A stretch of 64,000 nt of DNA from Bradymonadia bacterium (GTDB lineage: Bacteria; Myxococcota_A; Bradymonadia; UBA7976; UBA1532), in contig JBKAGE010000037.1 of assembly GCA_046290225.1 (NCBI GenBank), forward strand, positions 128,001 to 192,000, read 5' to 3'. Below the pieces are notes generated by a model. The model did not search any database. It worked only from the letters and a program-made list of their open reading frames with translations, and had not been told where the DNA came from. The translations under genes were made by a program, and so were the position numbers. Below, in pieces: positions 27,696 to 38,400 of this stretch. The first letter of the stretch is position 1. The number at the start of each line of letters is the position of its first letter.

Positions 27696-29294
27696 ATGAC
27701 CGCACCTGCCGGCGTACAGATTCTCGGGCCCATGGGCCCCGGCTACGACGAGATCCTGACCTCCGAAGCCTTGGCCTTCGTGGCCGAGCTGGCCCGCACC
27801 TTCGGCGGCCGGGTCACCGAGCTGCTCGTCCGTCGCGATGAGGTGAAGGCCCGCTACGACGCCGGTGAGAACCCCGACTTCCTCCCTGAGACCGCCAGTG
27901 TGCGGGCCGGAGACTGGAAGGTGGCCCCGCTGCCTGCCGATCTTCAGGATCGGCGGGTCGAGATCACCGGCCCCGTCGACCGGAAGATGATCATCAACGC
28001 CCTCAACAGCGGCGCCAACATGTTCATGGCCGACTGTGAAGACTCGAACGCCCCCACCTGGGCCAACTGCGTCGAGGGGCAGATCAACCTGCGCGATGCC
28101 GTGGCGGGTACGATCCGCTTCGAAGACGCCCGTCGCGGCAAGGTCTACACCCTCAAGCCCAAAGAGGAGCGGGCGACTCTGCTGGTCCGCCCCCGTGGCT
28201 GGCACCTGCAAGAGAAACACTGCCTCGTCGATGGCGCCCCCTGCCCCGCAGGGATCTTTGACTTCGGCATGTACTTCTTCCACAACGTGCGCCCCTTGCT
28301 GGCGAACGGCACGGGCCCCTACTTCTACCTGCCCAAGCTGCAGAGCCACCTCGAGGCCCGCCTCTGGAACGACATCTTCGTGCACGCTCAGCGGGCCCTC
28401 GACGTGCCCAACGGCACCATCAAGGCCACGGTGCTCATCGAGACCCTGCACGCCAGCTTCGAGATGGACGAGATCCTCTACGAGCTTCGGGATCACTCCG
28501 CGGGCCTCAACTGCGGCCGCTGGGATTACATCTTCAGCTACATCAAGACCTTCGCCCGTCGCCCCGACTTCGTGATCCCCGATCGCGGCCAGGTGGGCAT
28601 GGCCCAGCCCTTCATGCGGGCCTACGCCCTGAAGGTGATCCAGACCTGCCACAAGCGCGGGGTGCACGCCATGGGCGGCATGGCGGCGCAGATCCCCATC
28701 AAGACCGATCCGGCGGCGAACGAAGCGGCCCTGGCGAAGGTCCGGGCCGACAAGGAGCGCGAGGCCACCGACGGCCACGACGGCACCTGGGTGGCCCACC
28801 CGGGTCTGGTGGCGGTGGCCCGGGAGATCTTCGACGCGAAGATGCCCAACCCCAACCAGATCGACAACGCCCGGGCCGACGTGAGCGTCTCCGCGGCGGA
28901 CCTCATCGAGGTGCCCACGGGCACCCGCACCGAGGCGGGCCTGCGGCAGAACATCAAGGTGGGCATTCAGTACATCGAGGCCTGGCTGCGGGGCTCGGGC
29001 TGTGTGCCCCTCTACAACCTGATGGAAGACGCCGCCACGGCGGAGATCTCCCGCACGCAGGTCTGGCAGCAACTGTTCCACAAGGTCGACGTCGAGGGTG
29101 AGGTGCTCACCGTCGATCGCTTCAAGGCCGCCGTCGTCGAGGAGATGGCGAGCATCAAGGCAGAGGTCGGGCCCGAGCGCTTCGAGACCGGCAAGTACGC
29201 TGAGGCGAGGGCCCTCTTCGAGGATCTCTGCACCGCCGACGAGCTGGTGGAGTTCCTCACCCTGCCCGCTTACGAGCAAATCACGACCCTCTGA
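27696..29294 (+). CDS. aceB: Malate synthase A
   Basis: DRRVEITGPVDRKMIINALNSGA, LLVRPRGWHL, GPYFYLPKLQSHLEARLWN, GLNCGRWDYIFS, GHDGTWVAHP, LMEDAATAEISR. Confidence 0.96.
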   Translation: MTAPAGVQILGPMGPGYDEILTSEALAFVAELARTFGGRVTELLVRRDEVKARYDAGENPDFLPETASVRAGDWKVAPLPADLQDRRVEITGPVDRKMIINALNSGANMFMADCEDSNAPTWANCVEGQINLRDAVAGTIRFEDARRGKVYTLKPKEERATLLVRPRGWHLQEKHCLVDGAPCPAGIFDFGMYFFHNVRPLLANGTGPYFYLPKLQSHLEARLWNDIFVHAQRALDVPNGTIKATVLIETLHASFEMDEILYELRDHSAGLNCGRWDYIFSYIKTFARRPDFVIPDRGQVGMAQPFMRAYALKVIQTCHKRGVHAMGGMAAQIPIKTDPAANEAALAKVRADKEREATDGHDGTWVAHPGLVAVAREIFDAKMPNPNQIDNARADVSVSAADLIEVPTGTRTEAGLRQNIKVGIQYIEAWLRGSGCVPLYNLMEDAATAEISRTQVWQQLFHKVDVEGEVLTVDRFKAAVVEEMASIKAEVGPERFETGKYAEARALFEDLCTADELVEFLTLPAYEQITTL

Positions 29295-29412
29295 CGGCCT
29301 GCGCCCTGAGAGGCCTGGTCAGTCGATACACATTTTTTGAACCCATCTGTCTCCGGCACACCGGAGCCCATGAGCCTGCGCACGGTGCCAGGCGTCGAGA
29401 GAGGAGCCCCCA

Positions 29413-30675
<1,263 letters not shown>

Positions 30676-30680
30676 GCTCC

Positions 30681-30985
30681 GGCGCTGCGGCGGCGCCAGC
30701 CGCTCTCTGCTCTGGCGCTGCGGCGGCGCCAGCCGCCGTGACGCCGGCGATCTCCCGCCCAGCTCCGACCTTTCCGTCCTCGAGGTAGCGCAGCTACCTC
30801 TGCGGGTGAAAGCCCGCATCTGAACGAGACCTCACCGACCTCACGACGACTTTCGCCACCTCCGCGCCTCCGCGGGGCTCGTGCATACCTGGGTTATGGC
30901 TTTGTGGTGGTTTATTCGAGCCAGAGACCCTGCAGTATCCAGGGATTGGTCTCGGAGAGCTGAGCACCTCTGAGATCGGCTCTCC
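30681..30985. repeat. Hairpin-rich intergenic region: 23-bp direct repeat plus several stem-loops
   Basis: GGCGCTGCGGCGGCGCCAGCCGC at 30681 and 30714; hairpins GAGGTAGC-gca-GCTACCTC (30782-30800), TGCGGG-tgaaag-CCCGCA (30801-30818) and GGAGAGC...GCTCTCC (30954-30985); between convergent aceA and fghA. Confidence 0.55.
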
Positions 30986-30990
30986 AGGGA

Positions 30991-31824
30991 TCAGCGCTCG
31001 AGCAACGCCTGGGCGTGATGGATCACGTGCTCGCCGGCGAAAGTGGCGATGAAGTAGTAGCTGTGATCATAGCCCTCGTGCAGGCGCAGGTTCAGTGGGT
31101 GACCCGCAGCCTGACAGGCCTCGGCGAAGCGCTGGGGCTGGAGCTGCTCGTCCAGGAAACCGTCCGCCAACCCCTGATCGATGAGGATGGGCAGCCGCTC
31201 TTCTGCGTGGGCCACCAGATCGGTGGCGTCGTATGCCTTCCAGCGCTCGCGGTCGTCACCGAGGTATTGCGTGAAGGCCTTACGGCCCCAATGCACCTGG
31301 GAGGGGGCCACGATGGGGGCAAAAGCCGACACGCTCGTGTAGCGCCCCGGGTTGCGCAGCGCCAACACCAGGGCGCCGTGGCCACCCATGCTGTGGCCGG
31401 TGATGCCCTCACGGTCAGAGACGGGGAAATGGGCCCGAACCAGCGCCGGCAGCTCCTCCAAGACGTAGTCGTACATCTTGTAGTGCGTCGACCAGGGCGC
31501 TTGGGTGGCGTTGAGGTAAAAACCTGCCCCCTGGCCCAGATCCCAGGCCTCGTCGTCGGGCACCTGCTCACCTCGGGGTGAGGTGTCTGGCGTGAGCATG
31601 ACGACACCATAGGTTGAGCACTCCTGCTGGAATCCCCCCTTGGTGATGACGTTCTGCTCCGTGCAGGTGAGGCCGCTCAGATATGTGAGCATCGGGCGAG
31701 GGCCCTTGGCCACCTGTTGAGGCAAGTAGATGCCGAACTTCATCGGCACACCCAGCGTCTCCGAGTCGTGCTGCCAGACCTCCTGGCGCCCACCGAAGCT
31801 CGCGGTAGAAGACAAACGCTTCAT
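30991..31824 (-). CDS. fghA: S-formylglutathione hydrolase
   Basis: YLSGLTCTEQN, PDTSPRG, WDLGQGAGFYLNAT, GHSMGGHGAL, GYDHSYYFI; GAGGTG SD before ATG 31824. Confidence 0.95.
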   Translation of the reverse strand: MKRLSSTASFGGRQEVWQHDSETLGVPMKFGIYLPQQVAKGPRPMLTYLSGLTCTEQNVITKGGFQQECSTYGVVMLTPDTSPRGEQVPDDEAWDLGQGAGFYLNATQAPWSTHYKMYDYVLEELPALVRAHFPVSDREGITGHSMGGHGALVLALRNPGRYTSVSAFAPIVAPSQVHWGRKAFTQYLGDDRERWKAYDATDLVAHAEERLPILIDQGLADGFLDEQLQPQRFAEACQAAGHPLNLRLHEGYDHSYYFIATFAGEHVIHHAQALLER

Positions 31825-31831
31825 GCTCACC

Positions 31832-32962
<1,131 letters not shown>

Positions 32963-33253
32963 CTATTTGAGATATCTCTGAACCAGCTCGACGGCCACCT
33001 CGATGCTGTCCTCCAACACAGGGCGGCCCTCATCATCTTCTGACCGTGCAAAGGGCCCGAGGGTCTCCCGCAGGTGACTCTCGAGCACCTCGGACATCAA
33101 CCCATTTACGGCACCGCGCAAGGCCGCGATTTGCTGCAGCACTTTGGCACAGGGCGTACCTGCGTCGACGGCGCGCTCCAGCGCCGCCGCCTGGCCTTGA
33201 ATACGTCGCAGGCGTTTGATCGCCTTTGCCTTTTCTTCAGGTGAGTACGGCAC
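32963..33253 (-). CDS. frmR: Formaldehyde-responsive repressor FrmR
   Basis: GTG start after a GGAGG SD gives MPYSPEEKAKAIKRLRRIQGQ..TPCAKVLQQIAALRGAVNGLMSEVLESHLRE, with Pro2 and Cys35 as in enterobacterial FrmR. Confidence 0.92.
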   Translation of the reverse strand: MPYSPEEKAKAIKRLRRIQGQAAALERAVDAGTPCAKVLQQIAALRGAVNGLMSEVLESHLRETLGPFARSEDDEGRPVLEDSIEVAVELVQRYLK

Positions 33254-33269
33254 TCTCCACCTCCCTAAC

Positions 33270-33286
33270 ATACTCCCCCCCAGTAT
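33270..33286. promoter_or_regulatory. FrmR operator (ATACT-C7-AGTAT)
   Basis: AT-rich inverted repeat flanking a C/G tract, the established CsoR/RcnR/FrmR operator architecture, just upstream of the frmR SD. Confidence 0.85.
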
Positions 33287-33366
33287 CCAAACCCATTCGA
33301 GCGTAGGGGGTTTTTGAGGGGATTCCCCTCTGGCTGCACCGGCTCTGAGCCGGTATAACAAGCACG

Positions 33367-34395
33367 ATGTTCATCCGTGCTCCACTCTACATGGTTCTGG
33401 CCATGCTGATGCTCGTCAGCCCCACCATGGCTCAAACTCCGACCCCCGACGTCCAGCTGCACGAAGAAGCCCTGGACCTCTACCGACAAGGCCAGCGCGC
33501 TGATGCTTTGAAGAAAGCCCAAGGGGCCTATCAGGCCAAGCCACTGGCGAAGTACCTGCTCTTCATCAGCCGTCTGCAAGAAGAGCAGGGCCTGCTCGAA
33601 GAGGCCCATGAAAGCTGCGCGCTCTATTTGCGCAAATACGCCCAGGCCGAGAACAAGGGCGAGGCCGAAGAGTGTGCTCAACGGACTGAGGCTGTACTCG
33701 CCCGCCTCAAGCCCGAGATCACCATCACCACCACGCCCAAAGGCGCTCGCGTGTTCCTTGGGGGGCTGCTCCAAGAAGGCGCCACGCCCTGGACCGCGCG
33801 GATCGACCAGGGGCAGCACGAGGTGCGCATCCAGCTCGATGGGCACACGCCTGTGGAGACGCAGCTGCAGATCGATGCCGAGGGTCAGCGGCAATGGGAC
33901 TTCGAGCTGGTGCCCGCCGGCGCCCTGGCGCGTCTGACCTTTCGCCTCAGCGCCGAGGGCATGATCACCCGCCTCGACGGCAAAGTCATCGCAGATGGCC
34001 CCTTCCGGGGTGACAAGGCCATACCACCCGGGCAGCACACCGTGCGCTTCTCCTGTGGCGGTCAGGCCCAAGAGTCAGTCTTCACCCTCGCCCCCAAAGG
34101 CGCCCTCGAGGTGACCACGCCACGGGCCCTCGTGGCCAATGGCTGCGATCGCGCTACAGAGGTACCTTATGGCTGGCTCACCACCGGCCTTGGCGGGGCC
34201 ACCACCGGCGTCGGCGTAGGCCTCGCGCTTTCGGCGGCAGGCAATGACGGTGAGGGCATGGGGCTGGCCTATGTGGTCACGGGGGCTGGGGTGGCGTTGC
34301 TGGCCACAGGCATCTGGATGCTCTTGAGCGACGATGACACTACCGCATCACACTCTGGCGCTGATCAACCCGTCTTCGGCCTCTGGCGTTTCTGA
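33367..34395 (+). CDS. PEGA-domain protein with N-terminal TPR-like helices
   Basis: Signal peptide; helical ALDLYRQG..AYQAKP; PEGA ITTTPKGARVFLGG..GATP..GQHEVRIQLDGH; Gly-rich hydrophobic C-terminal hairpin. Confidence 0.8.
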   Translation: MFIRAPLYMVLAMLMLVSPTMAQTPTPDVQLHEEALDLYRQGQRADALKKAQGAYQAKPLAKYLLFISRLQEEQGLLEEAHESCALYLRKYAQAENKGEAEECAQRTEAVLARLKPEITITTTPKGARVFLGGLLQEGATPWTARIDQGQHEVRIQLDGHTPVETQLQIDAEGQRQWDFELVPAGALARLTFRLSAEGMITRLDGKVIADGPFRGDKAIPPGQHTVRFSCGGQAQESVFTLAPKGALEVTTPRALVANGCDRATEVPYGWLTTGLGGATTGVGVGLALSAAGNDGEGMGLAYVVTGAGVALLATGIWMLLSDDDTTASHSGADQPVFGLWRF

Positions 34396-34416
34396 ACCAC
34401 TCACACGGATACAACC

Positions 34417-35241
34417 ATGTTCACAGCAGCCTGCGTACAGCTCCGGTGCACCACTGATCTCGAAGCCAACATCGCCACCACTGAGCGACTGATCCGCAAG
34501 GCCGCCAGCATGGGGGCCGCCCTGGTGGCCACCCCGGAGAACACCACCTACCTCGGCCCCCAGTTCCACAAGGTGGATCTCGCCGAGGGGGTCGATGGCC
34601 CGATGTCGCAGCGCTTCGCCGCGCTGGCCGACGAGCTGGGCATTCATCTGCTCATCGGCTCGATGCCCGAGCGCCGCTTCAATGACGACGGCACCCCCGA
34701 CATGGAGCGCTGCTACAACACCAGCCTGCTCTACGGGCCTGACGGCGAGCGCATCGCCACCTACCGCAAGATCCACCTGTTCGACGTCGACGTGCCCGGA
34801 GGCCTCACCATCCGCGAGTCGGACACGGTGCACGCTGGTGACGATGTCGTCGTGGCAGAGACCGCCCTGGGCCGCATCGGCATGACCATTTGTTACGATC
34901 TACGCTTCCCGGAGCACTACCGCGCCCTGGTAGACGCGGGCGCCGACGTCATCATGGTGCCCGCGGCCTTCACGCTCACCACCGGTAAGGATCACTGGCA
35001 CGCCCTGCTCCGGGCCCGGGCCATCGAGACGCAGTGCTGGGTCATGGCCCCGGCGCAGTGGGGCACCCACGACGCCGAGGGCAAGCGCAAGAGCTACGGG
35101 CACAGCGTCATCATCGACCCCTGGGGTACGGTGGTGGCCGACAAGGGCCATGGCGAGGGCATCACGCTGGCGGAGATCGACCCGGCCCGTACGGCCCAGG
35201 TGCGACAGTCGATCCCGGTGCGCAATCATCGGCGCATCTGA
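34417..35241 (+). CDS. Carbon-nitrogen hydrolase (Nit1/deaminated glutathione amidase-like)
   Basis: Glu-Lys-Cys triad motifs TPEN, YRKIHLFDVD, GMTICYDLRFPE; PAAFTLTTGKDHW, ARAIETQC, SYGHSVIIDPWG. Confidence 0.92.
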   Translation: MFTAACVQLRCTTDLEANIATTERLIRKAASMGAALVATPENTTYLGPQFHKVDLAEGVDGPMSQRFAALADELGIHLLIGSMPERRFNDDGTPDMERCYNTSLLYGPDGERIATYRKIHLFDVDVPGGLTIRESDTVHAGDDVVVAETALGRIGMTICYDLRFPEHYRALVDAGADVIMVPAAFTLTTGKDHWHALLRARAIETQCWVMAPAQWGTHDAEGKRKSYGHSVIIDPWGTVVADKGHGEGITLAEIDPARTAQVRQSIPVRNHRRI

Positions 35242-35400
35242 TAAACCTCATCTCTCGAATATGGCAGCTCTGCAACACTGAGAAGACGGTGAGATGTCAC
35301 CGAGATCTGTCTCACACCTGCCATTGACGCGACCCCACCCCCCTACGCACAATTCCCCCGATCTCTGCTCGCTCGTAGACAGATCCTCCAAGGAGCCACC

Positions 35401-38400
35401 ATGCGTACTCACTCACGCCGCGCCCTCTGGGTGATGGCCCTCGCCACCACCTTGTGGGCGTGCGACGACGCCGACACTGGCGACGGTGACACCCCCGCGT
35501 CGGACTCTGGCGCTGGCCGCGATATGCGGATTACGCCCGACATGCAGGTCATCGACACCCCCGATATGGAGGTGCCCGAGGCCGACATGGACACCCCTGA
35601 AGCCGATATGGACGTGCCAGAGCCGGACATGGAGGTCCCTGAGCCCGACATGGCGGTCGAAGCTGATATGGCGGTCGAAGCCGACATGGAAGTCGAGGCC
35701 GATATGGAGGCCCCCGAGCCTGACATGGAGGTCCCCGAGGCCGACATGGAGATGCCCGACATGGAGATCCCCGCCGAGCCCGGGCCTGGCGTCGGTGAGG
35801 TGGTCTTCACCGAGATCATGTACGACCCCCATGGCCCCCTCGATGACGCCACCGCCGAGTGGTTCGAGGTCCACAACACCCTCGACCGCGCTGTGGGCCT
35901 CGACGGCTGCACCATCGTCGATGGCACCCCCGAAAACGCAGAGGTCATCGAACACCTCACCATCCCCGCCAACGGCTATGCGGTCTTCGGCAAGAGCGAC
36001 GATCCCGCCCTCAATGGCGGCCTCGCACCGGACTACATCTTCAGCTTCGGCCTCAACAACAGCGGCGACTCGCTCACCCTCGACTGTGATGATCAGATCA
36101 TCGACACAGTGGCGTACGACGACGAGGCCCCCTGGCCCATCGACGCCCGGCAGCAGTCCATCAAGGTGCCCACCGATCTGCAGGGCGCCAATGATGACGG
36201 CGCCAACTGGTGCTACAGCGACACGCCGTACTTCGAGCCCGAGGGCGACGCCGCCGCTGTACACCGCGGTACCCCCGGTGCAGCCAACCCCGAGTGTCCG
36301 CCCCCTGACGTGACCATCGACCTCTGCCGACTGCAGCGACCCCTCGACGTACAGGGCGACGCAGGTACCGAGCTCACCGTCGCTGGTCGGGTCTTCGAGG
36401 CCGGTGTCACCGATCGCTCCCCTCAGATCGACGCCTTCGACGGTCTGCGAGCCGAGGTGGGCTATGGCCCCGACGCCAGCGATCCTGATGGGAACCCGGC
36501 GTGGATCTGGGCCTTGGCAGCGCCGGCACCCATGTGGGACGACATGGTCGCTGGTGAGGCAGGCTTCGACGAGTACCAGGGCACCTTCATGGTGCCCGGG
36601 GCCGGCAGTTATGACTTCGCCGTGCGCTTCACCAAAGACGACGGCGCTACCTGGCTCTACTGCGATCGCGACGCCGGCGAGGGCGCTGACGGCTCGGAGA
36701 ACGGCTATCAGCCCGAGAACGCCGGGCAGCTCACCAGCGTGGACAGCCCCTGTGACAACTTCATCTGCGACACGCCTCCTCCCCAGGCGTGCAACTTCGA
36801 CGGTGTCACTGCCGTGGGCTACGAGCCTGTGGGCCAGTGCGAGGTGGTGGACGGCAACGCCGAGTGTGCTTACACCCAGGTGCTCACGGATTGTAGCCTC
36901 GACGGCGGTACCTGCCGCGGCGGCGCCTGCGTCGGCGGCGCGCCTCAGCCTGGTGCAGGCGATGTGATCATCACCGAGATCATGTACGACCCCCACACGG
37001 CCCTCGCCGACGGCGACGCGGAGTGGTTCGAGGTGCGCAACGTCTCCGACGCTCGGGTCACCCTCAACGGCTGCACCATCGTCGACGGTACCCCTGCGAA
37101 CCTCGAGGAGGTGGTCGGGGTGGTCATCGAGCCCGGCGATTACGCGCTCTTCGTCGCCAGTGACGACGCCGCTCTCAACGGCGGCCTCGTAGCCGACGCC
37201 ACCTTCAACTTCGGCCTGAACAACACCGGCGACACCATCACCCTCAGCTGCGGTGACGTCGTCATCGACTCTGTGGTGTACGACGACGAAGCGCCCTGGC
37301 CTCTGGACGCTCAGCAGCAGAGCATCCAGCTCGACGGCGCCCTGCCTGCCCCCGATGCCGAGGGCAACGACAACGCAGGGGCCTGGTGCTACGCCGACGA
37401 GGTGTACTTCGACGCTGGCGGTGATCCTGCCGGCGCGCACCGAGGCACCCCCGGCGCCGCCAACCCCGCGTGCCCGATCCCTGATCCGTGTGATCCCAAC
37501 CCCTGTGTCGAGCCCCCGGCGCCCTTCTGTGACGGTGACACAGCAGTCACTGCCGCCAACCCGGGCAGCTGCGAGAACGTCGCCGGCGCTGCCGAGTGCA
37601 CATACGAGGAGATCCGCACCCCCTGTGAAGGCGGCGACGTGTGTCAGGCCGGGGCCTGCGTGCCCCCCGATATTCGGGCCCCCATCGCCGGCGAGATCAT
37701 CTTTACCGAGATCATGTACGACCCCCATGGCCCCCTCAGCGACGACAACGCCGAGTGGTTCGAGATCCACAACACCACCGACGAAGCCCTCGATCTCTCC
37801 ACCTGCAGCGCCGCGGTGAACGCCAACAGCGTCGAGGTCGGCGCCCAGGTCATCGACGCCGGGGGCTATATGCTCTTCGTGAAGTCGAACGATGCGGGTC
37901 TCAACGGCGGCCTCGTGCCCGACGTGGTCTTCGACTTCGCCGTGGGCAACAGCGGCGCCACCATCACCTTCACCTGTGGTGATGTCACCATCAACGAGGT
38001 GGTGTACGACGACGCTGCGCCCTGGCCCTCGGACGCGCGCCGCCACAGCGTCAGCCTCGACCCGGCTGCCCTCACCGCCGCCGCCAACGTCGACGGGGCC
38101 AACTGGTGCTACGGCCGTGGCGTGTACTACGACGACGCCAACGCCTCGGCGGACGATCACCAGGGCACCCCCGGTGCCGCCAACCTGCCTTGTGACGACG
38201 CCGTCGACTTCTGCCGGCTGCAGTTCCCCCTCGAGATCTCCGAAGAGGTCGGTGCCACAGTGACTGTGTACGGCCGCGTCTACGAGATGGGCCAGACCGA
38301 TCGCAGCACCGGGGTCGACGCGAGCCAGCTGGTCTTCGGTCAGCTGGGCTATGGCCCCGATGGCAGTGAGCCTTCTGACAACGCCGACTGGATCTGGACC

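Noticed and set aside
33254..33361. N-terminal extension of FrmR in the ORF track
   Set aside because: Overlaps the operator and SD; the GTG start at 33253 yields the functionally required Pro2.
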